A stretch of 63,026 nt of DNA, filler included, from Sphacelaria rigidula (GCA_964200075.2; 9 parts of 9 records of this genome joined end to end with filler, not necessarily neighbours in it); one strand, 5' to 3'; counted from the whole stretch's first letter, positions 50,371-63,026 are shown. Notes: generated by a model not told the origin, from the sequence alone. Made by a program: numbers and translations.

Positions 50371-52254
50371 GCTAGATGTCCATGCGATGATAGATGGTGA
50401 CGTTTTCAAGACGGGCGTTCATGATCAACTGCAATGGAGACGACCCCCTCCCCGCCCACCCCCCACTACCATCACAGCCACACGACAGAGACAATTATTC
50501 GAGGAAGACGCTAATAAACAGGGAGTACGAATAAATTAGAACCCGAATCATTCATAACTTAGCGCATAATTGACAAATAATGCTCATGATAGAAAAATAT
50601 AGACTCAAACAAGAGTCACCAAAAAACAAATTCTACATTGACATAATGAAAAGTACGGGAGTTGAAAAGTTCATTGAAATACTGTGTGTGTCCACTCTCG
50701 AAATAAAAAACACATGATGATATTTCAACAATATATTTCTATTCCGATCATATCGAGAAATTCCTGTGTACGTACCCCTGACTGACGATATACACATTTG
50801 AAACAAAACAAACTCTGCGCCAGATTGAGTGTCGAGCATTTGATGGAGAGTGAGAACCAAAAGGAACGGAGATCCTAATCCATTTGTCGGCTGGTATTTC
50901 ATGAGGTATAGATCGCCGAGCCAGTCCAGGAGCGGCTCGAATGAAGGCTCTTGGACGCGGAGTGAATCCAACATATAGTTTTGTTGCATTGGCGTCGTCA
51001 ACAGACAGAAATCTACAACTCTGGATTTCCAGAAATGGTCAATTAATTCCTCAAACACTTTTACTGTCGAAATGCCCCTCTAGGCCTTATACGAAGCCCC
51101 AAACGTTTTCTGTAATAGTTCACCACTGAAGCCTTTGATATCCCTGAGTGGGATATCAACGTGTAGCTGTGAGCACACGACACCGTTACTGGCCAACAAA
51201 AACACGAGAAATAAAATAAAAAAGTCAAGTTCGAGCGCATCATAAAACTCAGTCTCAGTAGAATGCTAGACACTCAATTTGGCGAGAAGGTTTTTAAAAG
51301 CAAAATACAGAAGGCACGAGGAAAACGTGAACAAAGACGTCTTTGTATCCTATCTGGCAGTGAAGTCACTATGCTGTCAGACGCCACCTCGACGGCACTG
51401 GTTTAATTCGAAAAACATGTTGTCGGTGCACACAAAGATATCAACCGTGCATAACCAGTGAGGTAGCGGCCGCAACAATAAAATAACAGTCGACATTTAC
51501 ACGGTAAAGAGTCCAGATCACGAGTCGACCCGCCCCATTATGAAGAGTTTACGATCACATATGATATCATCAACAGGGTGAACAATCTCTTCGCCACATT
51601 GAGTGTCTAGCATTTAACTGAGATTAAGAACCTCGAGAAACTTTTTCCGATGCCATATATCGACTGGCAGTTCTCGAGGAATACTTCGCCGAGCCAGTCC
51701 AGGAGTGACTTGGATGAATGCTCTTAGCCGTAAGATGAGTCTGATGCATGTTTCTCTTGCATCGCCCTTGTCGAACAGCGGAAATCTAGAACTCCGGCAT
51801 TCCAGCAATGGTCGATTAATGGCTGATAGAGTTTCACTGCCGAAATTCCCCTCTAGATCTTGTCAATAGGATATCCTGGAAATGGAAACGGACCTTTTTT
51901 TCATGGGAACGAACTATTTTGCAGGGGGGCTCGACAACAGGCCAAAAGGTACTCACCCCTCCCCCCCCCCTCCCGCCGGCCTCGTTTTTTTTCTAGGCCT
52001 CGATTTTAACCGATCAAGGAAAAGTAGAAGAAAAATTGACGGAGAGACAACAGAGTAGACAACAGGAGAGTAGGTAATGATTCGGGAAGGAAGTTGAGGA
52101 TAGGACCGTGGGGCGTGTGTGGGTTCGCCACGGGCAAGCGCAAAAAAATAGAGATAGCGCAAAAATTACGAAACCGCGACCTAGGTAGAGTGGGAATCCA
52201 AGAATAATGGGAGAAAGAGGGGACGCGAATAGGATGCAAAGGTGAAGAGCACGC

Positions 52255-54770
52255 ATGAATAGGGGGAAGGCGGAGGGGAAAAAACCCAGGGGCAGGGGCG
52301 CGGGGGGCGTGTGCGACAGAGCAATTAAATGGTGGGATGAGGAAGTCAAAGAAACTATCAGAGTAAGGAGAGAGACCCATGCGAGATGCTTATCGAGTAA
52401 AACTACGGCAGGATGGGAGAAGTGCACTAAAGCTCGAAAGGAGGTAAAGAAGATGGTACAGAAGAAAAGAAGAGCGTATGAGAAGATGGAGTTGAAAAAT
52501 CAAATGAAGATTTCGATGGCGGGGTGAAGCAAATGTGGGTAGGGATAGAAGGGATGAAGGGAAAGCAGGCAAGAAGGATGGACAACGAGATAGCTACACT
52601 CCGGGCACAGAACGGTAAAGTGATCAGTAGTTCGAAGGGGCAGAGATGAGTGCTAGTCGAGCATTACTGTAAACTAGGAACAGCATAAATGACCACGGAG
52701 TTCGACAAGGAATTCGACAAAGAAATCAGCACGTGAGCAGAGGCAAATGTAGAGACGTCGAAACGGGAGGATAGTGGCTCGAAAGAATTGCAGAGAGAAA
52801 TTGCCAGACATGAAGTAAAGGAGTGCGTAGCTAAACTCAAGAACAGAAGGGCAGCAGGGGCAGACGGAATAGTGAATAAATTTCTGAAGCATGAGGGAGA
52901 AGGAATGAGTACCATGATGGTTATGCTGTATAACTGGATATGGGAAAACGAGAACACGCCCAAGAGGTGGAGAGAAGGAGCAGCAGTCAATCTTTTTCGA
53001 AAAGGGAGACAAGGCTGACCCAGGTAATTATAGAGGGATAACGGTACTAAGCACGATAGGCCAATCATTCTGCAAGATTCTGCACGAGAGAGTAGGAACG
53101 ATACTAGAAAAGCAAGAGAAAATTAGCGAGGGGCAATCAGGTTTTAGGCCAAACCGTAGTTGCGTAGACCATGTGTACACACTACGTAAGATTTTTCAGG
53201 GTAGGAAAGACACCGGGCTGACAACGTACTGTTCCTTTCTGGACGTACAAAAGGCTTAGGACATAGTATGGAGAAATGAGTTGTGGAAAAAGTTGTGGGA
53301 AGCTGGGATCAGAGAAAAGATGTGGAGAATGGTGGAGAAAATGGCAGAATGTGCCAAAAGTGCTATGATGCTAGACGGGGAAATATCGAACTATTTTGAT
53401 ATTTTGCAAGGATTTGCACAAGGATATACGTTATCACCCACTTTGTTCAAGGTACTTATGAATGACCTGGTAATGGCAATAGAGGCAGCAAAGCAAGGAG
53501 TCAAGGTGGATGAAGATATGGTACCAGGATTGATGTTCGCGGATGATTGTGTGGGGATTTCAGGAACTGCAGAAAATTACAAAAACAAGTAAACATGGCG
53601 CTAGACTAGACTAGGAAATGGAGATCACGAACGTTAACAAACGCGCGGCACTCGTCCGTAACGAAGATAAGAAAATCCGGTAGAGTTCAAATGGAATTGG
53701 GGGGAAGAGGAACTGCCGATCGTGGACAATATACATACGTTGGCGTAGAGATCTCAAAAAAATGTTCTTTGGATGCACACATAAATAAAGTTACAAAAAA
53801 GGGTAAGGCACAGATAGGAAGGATGGACGTGATCCTCAGAGGCTCGTACCTAGATACTAGGATTAAGAGATGTATCTTGATGAACGTGATTGTACCAGAG
53901 CTGGCATGTGCAGGAGAAGTATGGGAGGGAAAGGTGAAGTTGGTGACGAAGTTGGAAATCGTACAGATGGCAGCAGCTAAGAAAATACTTGGGTGCTCGA
54001 AAACGACGGACAATAGAGCTTTTACAGTAAAGTTGGGAATGCACTCATATAAAACAAACAGAGACATGAGAAAACTGAGATGACGATATAGCGTAAAGAA
54101 CATGCAGAGAAAGAGATTGCCAGCTATAGATGATAGGGCTGTGTGGAAGAAAATTACGAAAGGGCAGGCTGAAATAAGGTGGGATAGAGGAGTCGAGAAA
54201 GTATGGAAGGAGATAGGAGAAAACCAAGACGAAATATTGTCCATGGGTGAAGGCGCGAGGTACAAGACAAAAGTAGGAGACATGAAAGAAATAAGGGGAA
54301 AAGAAGCGCTCGGACGCAAAGTAAACGAGGAAGAACACCTGGAGATATACGGGGGGTTGAGAGAGAGGATAGGGATGAAAACATATCTGCATGGCCCAGT
54401 GGACGCGGCGAAGAATCGAAACTGCGATTTCGGGTGAGGGACCTGGACCGGCCAGGAAGAAAAGGTATAGTTGCCAGTAGTGGAGAGGAGAGGAAGTAGA
54501 TGCACAGAACTGCCCCTGTGGCAAGGCAATAGAGAGCAGAACTCATATAGAGGTAGAATGCGGTCTGTACAAGGAGGAGCGGGACGTGCTAGAGGGGGAA
54601 ATGCCGGACGTGAACAAAGGTGGTATGAAAACGTTTGATGCATTAGACAGTAGCGAAAAAATGATGACTATACTAGGAGATAGATGGTGGTCAGAGATGG
54701 CGAAACAGGACGGGGATGAGATATGTAAAAGGTTTTCGTGTAACTGTCGCACAAGAAAAGTATGGAATGG
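52255..54770 (+). mobile_element. Decayed non-LTR retrotransposon (LINE) ORF2: reverse transcriptase plus C-terminal CCHC; no endonuclease domain seen
   Basis: KWWDEEVK; AAGADGIVN; DPGNYRGITVLS; QSGFRPNRSCVDH; FLDVQKAxD; QGYTLSPTLF; LMFADD; YTYVGV; CPCGKAIESRTHIEVEC. Several stops and frameshifts. Confidence 0.93.
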
Positions 54771-55221
54771 TTAGACGAGCAAGATAGCCTCGTCGAAGGG
54801 TGCTTTGTCCACACGAGGCATCCTAGGGCCCCGTATTACAGTGTACAACAGCTACCGTAATAATACAAACTCTCTACGTCACGCCAAGACCATGCACACC
54901 TCTTGCTTGTCGAGTCGATTATAGCTTTGCAGAATAGCGGCACGCAATGAGCATTGCGTATAGCATGTAGGTTATCCTTGGTGAAGGGTGGGTGATGTCG
55001 TATTCAGCGGTCAGCAATGGTGGAATACAGTTCATTATCAAGTGGCGAATGTTGCTCTCAGAGATCGTTGGGGGCTTGCTTTTCTTCTGAAGCTGAAAGG
55101 GATCACAGGCCGTCGCCTAGCCGATGCTTCAGTGTCTCATCCTCGAGCGGGTTAAGGTGTCAGGACCCGCAGTTGGATCACTTCACAGTCTTTTCTCTAC
55201 AGGGTCATTATTTACCCTGTA

Positions 55222-55950
55222 ACATAACGTATGGAAGGAACGTAATGAGCACCGGAATGTTGGAGGTGTCTCTATTAGGAGTAGGAGCGGTACTCCGTCT
55301 TGAAAGGGGTGCGTGGTCAATGATCAAACGACGAAGGCAATCAAGAAATAAGTACGCCCCCCCTCCGCCCCGCCCCCAGGTCGCTCGCCCTCCACCTTTC
55401 ACGGTACTCGGGTTTGTGCGAAATCATACCCTATGTATGGCGCTTCAAATGGGTCACCTTTTGTTGAGGTTTCTGTGCTGTCTACCTTCTGCCTTCGAAG
55501 GCACTTTCTCGGAGATTGGACGTGTTCCGAACGAAGGGTAGAGTGTGAGGGATTTCGCATGAAACAATAATCTTATCATGGATGGTGAGATTTGCGGGAA
55601 ATGATACCCCGCTGAGGTATCCTGGCGTAGCCTCGCAACCTCCATGATCATGCATGCCATAGTCATAAGGCCATTGACCTCGCATCCCAACAAAGCTGAC
55701 CACGCCGGATTTTCACCGGAGCAGGAGGGGGGGGGAGGGGGGATGGGTACTCATTTGTTGCTTGCCTTAGTTGTTTGACCGTTTTACCACGCATCCCTTT
55801 CGAGACGGAGCACCGTTCCTACTCCTAGTAGAGACACCTTCAACATTCCGGCGCTCATTACGCTTCTTTCATACATGACACAAAAACCTTTTACGCATCT
55901 TATCCCCGTCCTGTTTCGCCTTCTGTGGCCACCATCTATCTCGTAGTATT
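55222..55950. repeat. Two family B copies in inverted orientation, with a family A fragment between them
   Basis: 55222-55362 (+) and 55740-55950 (-); A fragment at 55640-55725. Confidence 0.85.
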
Positions 55951-56013
55951 TCGCCGGAACAGGGGGGGGGGGGGGGGGGGGGGCTTTTTTTTTTGTTTCC
56001 TGTTGGTTGTGGG

Positions 56014-56113
56014 NNNNNNNNNNNNNNNNNNNNNNNNNNNNNNNNNNNNNNNNNNNNTTAATTAATTAANNNNNNNNNNNNNNNNNNNNNNNNNNNNNNN
56101 NNNNNNNNNNNNN
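56014..56113. other. Artificial contig spacer
   Basis: N44-TTAATTAATTAA-N44. Confidence 0.99.
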
Positions 56114-57341
56114 TGGTTCGTGGCCCAATTGACCATGGCTCAGTCGCTCGTTTCAAGAGGGGCCAGAATGGGGGGGGGGGGGGAAATTGAGTCACTTCGT
56201 ACATTAAGGAGCCACAGTGACTGCGCTTCTGTTCAAGCAGATAGTTCGTCCTAGCGGTCTCAGTACGAACATAGAAACGTACAAATGTACACCGCTTGTC
56301 ACCTACAGACATGTCGATACACGTGCATGGCACGACCATGTGCGGAAACTACTAATCGAATAGGTAGACTAGCACAGCTACCGGCGCCAGGCAGAACTCC
56401 CCAATCAAATAAACGGCAACTGTGATAGACGCCTTCACTTGCAGTTGCGATCATTGTGACAAACTGGAAACAAATCCGCACCTGTTGAGAGAGGAAGATA
56501 GCACGAAGCCGTTTACCTCGCCAACATTTGTATCCACCCCTACGACTGCAGGATCACTCCTGTGTTGATACCATACTTTTACCATCCGTGTGGCAATAGC
56601 AAGCTCAGAACTCGAAGGGGCCGTAGCCGAGGGCGACCGACAAAATCTTCGGCGGATATGATATAGTACATTGTTGAGTGTTTATCGGTCATTTGCAACG
56701 GACCAGTACGTCCCTGGTGTGTCGCAGGCCGCGCAATTCCCCTTGTCACTAACTAATCAACATCACTGGCATGGACAACCAAAAACTTGGCTCGGCAGTT
56801 GGATACCATCTGGATAGAGACATGTCTCTTGAAAGCATAGCCCATCAACTTCCCCAGCCTCCAGAACAAAATCCAATATCTGAGGAACGTGCGCTAGCTT
56901 GCTTGATCCGTAGACAAGGTCGTTTGCTCGCGTTATCATGCTTGGCCAAGCAGATACATGTCCTCGAGATTATTACAAAACGTTTCCGAATCATCATTCA
57001 CTCACACTCAAATGAAGGCGACACACCCAAGCCATAATGCTGGCGTTCAACAAGGAACAAACAGATGTCAACTAGGATTGGCTGATACGCTCGGCGAAAT
57101 TTACACAGCAGCCTCCAACGATCCTTCGAGTGTTCTTTGCGAGCAGAGCTTCCAGCAACCTTGCCCCGACCAAATTCACCAAACCCCCTCTCAAAATTGT
57201 TGCGAAATAGCCGCTTTCACAACACCAATTTCAGAGCAACAATACCTGAAGTCCTTGCTTCAGGCAAAAGCAGTACCGTACAGTCCCCGGCAATGGAGGC
57301 AAAAATAACGAAAACATGTTTTGGGGATGAGACTGAAACCA

Positions 57342-57813
57342 TCAAATCCGCTCCGCCAGGACACACCAATTAGACCGGTCGTAGTAACTCTTCACCAGCT
57401 GAAAGCCGTCGACTTTCCTCACCAGTTCGTCCAACTCCCCTTCCACGTACACATGACAATACCGCTGGTATACCACACCACCGTTACCTGCACCCGCAAC
57501 GGGGGGCAGCCGCACACCGTGTCGTGGGGGCGAGCTAGCCATAGGCGCAGGAGCACGCGCTGATGCGCACGACAACCCCGTTCCTTGTGATTTATGTTCG
57601 GGTTCCTTAGCTGCTGGTTCCACGGAATCTTCAGCAAGTTCCACGGACTGTCCAGAACGATCCGCAGGGTGTTCCGAACGCGCTACTTCACTACCCGTTC
57701 CGGCGGCGGCGTTTTCATCATCCATGTCGTTTCCGTTGCTGCTGTTTTTACCGCCTGGCAAATGATGGTCAGCAAGATGCCAGGGAACAAGAACATCCTG
57801 CTGTGCGAAGCTC
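57342..57813 (-). CDS. TRM9: Terminal exon of a TRM9/ALKBH8-type tRNA wobble-uridine methyltransferase
   Basis: Acceptor TTTTTAG|G completes the phase-2 codon. Encodes SFAQQDVLVPW...YQRYCHVYVEGELDELV..SYYDRSNWCVLAERI-stop. Confidence 0.88.
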
Positions 57814-58013
57814 CTAAAAACCATGACGCAAAGGACAATGACAGCAAAGCGAATATGGGAGCGGGTGTGTACGTGTTTGTGTGACTTGAACTATGTTTCT
57901 TTTCATGACCGTATATCGTACCTACCCGTTATTATGCCATAGGTACCCGATCATGCGACAGCGGGTAGGTTCCCCGAGTGCAGCATATCTAGACGCATGG
58001 TTACAACTTTCAA

Positions 58014-58108
58014 CCTTTTGACCGCGAGCATACGTCATCTGTTAAATTAGCATTACTTTTACTCGAAAAATGACTGCACAGCCACATGACCTACTCTCGC
58101 GTCAAGGG
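58014..58108. mobile_element. Degenerate piggyBac-type MITE copy (intronic)
   Basis: TCAA|CCTTTTGACCGCGAG ... CTCGCGTCAAGGG|TTCA. Confidence 0.6.
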
Positions 58109-58729
58109 TTCACCCGGTAGGCGTCTGAACTCAGAATGACTGAAAAGGTCTTTCGGTGCTGCTCTAGTGTGGTTAATATGCACTTGGTGTGGCTCATCAC
58201 TGCCTTCCGTGGCGGCAAGCTCTTGAATCATCCAGCGGATTGAATATGAGTCTCCTGACCACAACTCCTATAATGCTGTCGTGCTCTACACATACACATA
58301 GTCTCAGCTGCTAGTTTTCAGGGGTTCTGTTCTTGAGGGAAGGCGGGGTGGGAGTCGAGAGCTCGTGTCCAGCCCACCTTGAGATTTATTCGATCCTTTG
58401 CGCTTTACATCATTGTAACTTGGACCGTAGCATGTTAGGCCACGAGGCAGGTACCTCATAAGGAAGCATACTCTCTACTTCCTATGAAAGAAAACAAAAT
58501 ATGCAGAAAAGGCTACACCGGCTGCGCCATTTTCAAGTTCTGACCGCCGCCTTCTCGACGGGACTTGATGACCGGACAACACAGCGGGCACGGAAACCGC
58601 TTGCTACAGGTGCGTGGGATGTGCGGCCTACGTTTCCCAAGCACTGCTGCAGCGAAGCAAAATATAGTTAATTCATGCAGAAAAAACATCAAGTGATTCC
58701 TCGCAAGGCGAAGGGGAGGAGGGGGAGGG

Positions 58730-59295
58730 GGGGGGGCGTACTCATTTGTTGCTTGCCTTCGTCATTTGACCATTGACCACGCATCCCTTTCGGGACGGAG
58801 CACCAAGGGGAGGAGGGGGGGGACTACTCATGATATTGCACATTGCATGCCGTGATTATCGGGTCATTAACCTTGCATCCCTAATCGTACAAAGCCGGGG
58901 TGGATCACGCCGGGTTTTCGCCGGACCAGGTTTGCAATCAACCATCAAGTGCGAAGCGCCATGGTGTGTTCGGCGAGTCGCAAGAAGGGTGAGCTGTATC
59001 CTGCTAAGATTGTTCGGTCCGAAGTGCACTGATTATCTTTCATGTGGATGACAGCCTCAAATGAGTTGCTTCATTTTCTGGTATCGCCACTTCCAGAGAC
59101 AGTCGCGGCTTACACTGCCTCATTTCACAACACCACGTGGTACGATCATCCCCCTCGCGCACAGTCAAGGTTCTCTACCTAGCACGATATATATATTCGA
59201 CTCTCACCACCATGATGGTGACCGCAAAAAAACGCGAGCCAGAAAAAAACGTAAAGTGGTTGTCTAGCTCACGCGGTGATTGACGTGTTTCACAG
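58730..59295 (-). repeat. Family B terminus followed directly by a long family A copy
   Basis: G-run+CGTACTCATTTGTTGC (58730-58805), then G-run+ACTACTCATGAT and A body to ~59295. Confidence 0.85.
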
Positions 59296-60539
59296 CAAAG
59301 AGAACAGAAGGAGAGCGGGGAAGGAAGGGAAAGGAAAGGGAGGAATGAAAACTGAAGGAAAACCAGTCCCGAGGACAGTAAGAATAATGGTCTTAGTCCT
59401 GGAAACAAATCACAAACCTGAATCTTGCCAACAAACGTTAAACATGATTCCGGGGCGCTGCTTGCGCTGCGATAAATGTGCCCTTGGCATGACAATAATT
59501 GTGATGAGCCAATTTCTTGGCTTAGGAGCAACTTCGAGACAAAAGTATTTATCCTAAAAACGTGCATGCGGGGGAGGTCGAGAGCATGGTTCCTGATGGA
59601 AAACGTTACAATGCCCCATGAATACAGTCACGAACCACGCCCCCAACAAGAACCGAGCTACTGTAGGAACCAATGGAACCAACCACTAGCAGTGATGTTA
59701 CGTATTTTCCTCGAGACACCCGAGTCCGTTAATATGCCGAATAAGCATCATGATCAATTGGTGCTGGACTTCTACCAGCGGACATGATGCGACAGTGAAG
59801 TGTCTGTTCGAGCCATACAAAGAGGTTGGGCTTTTATTACTTTCATTTTCTACGAGGAATACGCGAGACACAAGAATCGATTCGAAAAACGAACACGGGT
59901 GGAACATTCGAACATTCCGCCTCATCACAGCTTTCACACAAACTTGTTCCCTCTAGGATGGATAGCATCAAGATCAGATTTCGAATATCGATCTGACTTC
60001 CACTGCTCATCGTCTACTGTACCGGCTCATACTGTACTGTCTCCATGTTGAGGCTTCGAAAGCGGGAATGACAGCTCATGTTTTTTTTAGGCTCAGCGTA
60101 AATTGATCTGCTGGTAAAAGGTCCATGTCACGCACCACTACATTCACATCCCAATGTGCATTCAGCAAAAATGAGCCAAGGTCGATTCAAGACAGTCCAT
60201 AGACCGCTCTTAAAAAGGTGCCCAGCAAGTACTCGATAGAGTTGAAGGTCCTTCTACATGATCGCACCCGCGACTGCAGGGCTTTTGACAGCACCGCAAC
60301 ATAGAGGGGTGAATCGCCTGCCAACTACACAATACATCCCCCAACCAAGGAGCTGGGTATACATGGGAATCAGCTAGACCCCCCCAATTTGATTTCAAGA
60401 CCGAAGTCTACATCATAGCAAATGAGCTGTCGAACCTAGCCTTACCTAAAAGAATCACGTCGACCACGAATATGAGTAGCCATCACTGTTCGAGGAGTAG
60501 GAGTATCCGCCGCCTCAATATATTTACAAAAGTTGATTG

Positions 60540-60830
60540 GGGGTGTCCTCATGATCTTGCATGCCGTAGTCAAATGACCGCCGACCAAGCGTTCCTCAAA
60601 AGCCGGGACGGAGCACGCTTGGTTTTCGCCGGACGAGACTCGCAGTTATCAAGCGCAAAGCGCCGTGATGTATTTGGCGAGTCGCATGAAGGATGAGCTG
60701 CATCCTGCTAAGATTGTTCGGCCTGAAGTCTGCTGATCATCTTACCTGTGGATTGAAAACCTCGAATGATGTGCTTCCCGTCTGGTATCGCCCCCACCAG
60801 TGACAGCCACGGGTTATACAATGCTTCATG
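60540..60830 (-). repeat. Repeat family A copy
   Basis: Collinear with 13325-13620. Confidence 0.85.
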
Positions 60831-61167
60831 TATCTCATTATTAAAACATGACATCGTACGATTATCCCCTAAAGTTGATTGGGGGGAGGATGAATCAGAG
60901 TCAAAAGCCTTGGGGGACCTTGATGAGCTTCGAAACATTCTCGAAAACAAAATGCAAAACGCACTATCCGGCCGTGACGTGTGGCCTCGCTCATCCTAAA
61001 AACCAAATCCATTTGCGACTTGTAAAATCCCGTGCTAGCTGGGGATTGTGACAAATCAAAACATTGTTATTTTGCGGGAATGAAAGCAGGTTGAAATCGT
61101 TCGGTATGAACACGGGATCATAAAATCCGGTATTCTGTGATCTCTCCCGTCTTGTTTGGTGAATTAC

Positions 61168-61271
61168 CGTCGAGAGTCTTGGTCTTGCTCGATAGCCCAG
61201 GCATACACCAGTGCTCGTCCCCCCGGCCTCAGCAGCCTGCACAGTTCTGACAAAGCGCGGATTCGTCGCGC
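61168..61271 (-). CDS. TRM9: Internal exon of the TRM9/ALKBH8-type methyltransferase
   Basis: CCCCAG|GCG...CG|GTAATT; encodes ARRIRALSELCRLLRPGGRALVYAWAIEQDQDSR; 104 nt, ends in phase 2. Confidence 0.88.
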
Positions 61272-61811
61272 CTGGGGCATGACCAACAAAAAGTACCAAA
61301 ACGTCAAGTTTGTGCATACTTGTGTTCGTTATGATGCTGCGTTTGCACCTATTGCTGTTCTTCACTTTCAAAGCCTGGTCGTGGAAGATGACGCGTACAT
61401 CACACAAGAGTCGCACGATTTCAAGACTCTAATAGAACACGAGAGTAAGAACGTTCGTGGCTGCACGATACTCCGGTAATCGCTCTCTGAAGTGGGGAAC
61501 GTACGGCAGGCGGAACATAATGTTTATATTTTCAATGAGTAACACTAGTCACCCAATGTTGGGAATGTGCCGGTCAGAACCTACTATTTTTTATCCGGTG
61601 CACATCGGAATCAGCAACATGTTCATCGTCCATGGATGATGACCTATTCCATCGTGCAAATTCCAAGTTAGGGGCCACGACCACCCAGCGTCCCAATGAA
61701 AGTTGGTGGAATACGGGAGTGCTGCTCCAGTGCTATATAATAAGTCAAGCTGGGGCGGGAGGTCAAGAGTGCTACAAAAAAACAAGAAATCACGGCACCG
61801 TTGTATCCTAC

Positions 61812-61910
61812 CTCCGTGGAGAAGTGGTGCAGCACGGCGATGCTTATAGCGGCATCGAATGTCCCGGAGCGATACGGCAGCCTCATGCAATCAGCAGCAA
61901 ACACTTCCGC
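61812..61910 (-). CDS. TRM9: Internal exon of the TRM9/ALKBH8-type methyltransferase
   Basis: CTACAG|GCG...GAG|GTAGGA; encodes AEVFAADCMRLPYRSGTFDAAISIAVLHHFSTE (33 codons). Confidence 0.9.
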
Positions 61911-63026
61911 CTGTAGCCCAGTGAAAAATGGTGAACGACATTTAGTCACGACGGCAGAGCATCACAACGATAGAAAACGCACGTGATACAAAATATGTAC
62001 AATAACAACACACGACGGAAGAGATCAATCGCCGTGCAGATTAAATACATCGATTTTCGTGATCTGTCCAGCATAGATCAAAGTGACTGTTATGACATTT
62101 GTTATGCAATAAACGTATATACAATGCCGTTCAACCAAAGTACCTGCGCAACATAATGCACCTCGGTATATGGAAGACACAATACAGCAGTGTGAATGAT
62201 GCAATATGTGGTGGATAACGACCGACCCAGCACACAATCAAGGTTTGATGAATTACGCGTACAACAGTAAGCGATGGATCAAGGCATCAAGCAATATGTT
62301 GCCATTCTCTGACACAAACAACAACAATAGCAGTGCAAGTGCCGTGGTGACCAATCACCACAAGAGCTGTACATATTAAACACGTGGCAATCGAGCAGTG
62401 GGAGCTAAACCCGATGCAGAACGCGGTCAGTATAGGAGTGACATCGGGTTCGCCATTCTTCTGCGACCGAAAACGCAGCGGGAAAGGGTGCTAAGCGCTT
62501 CCATAGGCAGCTGAATGAGCGGCGGGAGTGACCTAATGCACATAGATCGCTGGCAGACCGGACCATCTTCCATCCTTTTATTGGGAGTGATCTTCAGGCA
62601 GCTCCGTAACTCCCCCCCATCGCTTCGGCTCAGCTTTTCCCCTTGCTACTTTCCAAAACCGTGAAAATAATAGGGGACCTTACTCCGAGTCTCGAAATAG
62701 ACTGACGTTTGTCATTTGTGTCAACAGTTCAAAGTCTGACCTCGTCTGGTGCCTCACTTACTCGGATTGAGAGTATCCCCCATCATCTCCCCTTCGGGGC
62801 TACAGCGATACCCCTTGCGATAGATATCATAAACAAGCCCCCGAGCCTTCCCCTTCCAGAGGAACCAGCTCAAGTAACGCTTTGAGTACCTTGAAGCAAG
62901 CGATCATACCAGCTGCAAGCCATGCACCACTCCCCCCCAAAGGAGGAAAAACTCACTAGAGGGAAATGTACCAATTAAGATACAGAGCCAATTAAGATAC
63001 AAGTTGTTTTAATCGTTCATATCTCC

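Noticed and set aside
53687..54643. 318-aa minus-strand ORF
   Set aside because: Antisense of the purine-rich LINE ORF2.
1..63026. Functional gene cluster across the window
   Set aside because: The genes lie on separate contigs joined only by length order.

Overview
Eukaryotic nuclear DNA, most likely from a brown alga (Phaeophyceae). This is inferred from long spliceosomal introns, a PPR protein with a bipartite plastid-type leader, (TACTG)n microsatellites and the repeat content. The window is not one locus. It is nine unrelated contigs of 6915, 7x6914 and 6913 bp, sorted by length and joined by an artificial 100-bp spacer (N44-TTAATTAATTAA-N44). Host gene fragments: a type II membrane sulfotransferase-like exon, two F-box exons, a TPR-like first exon, a PPR first exon, and the last three exons of a TRM9/ALKBH8-type tRNA methyltransferase. 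Mobile DNA dominates. It includes an LTR-bounded chromodomain-bearing Ty3/Gypsy element with no recognisable RT, a decayed LINE, two tRNA-derived SINE families, piggyBac-type and hAT-type MITEs and a fold-back. The most interesting unexplained signals are (i) two abundant unclassified repeat families that share the terminus ATGAGTAC(A/G)-poly(C), and (ii) a decayed multi-copy coding sequence with an HxD motif, possibly a TE-borne 2OG-Fe(II) dioxygenase. No CRISPR array, rRNA or true tRNA gene was found.
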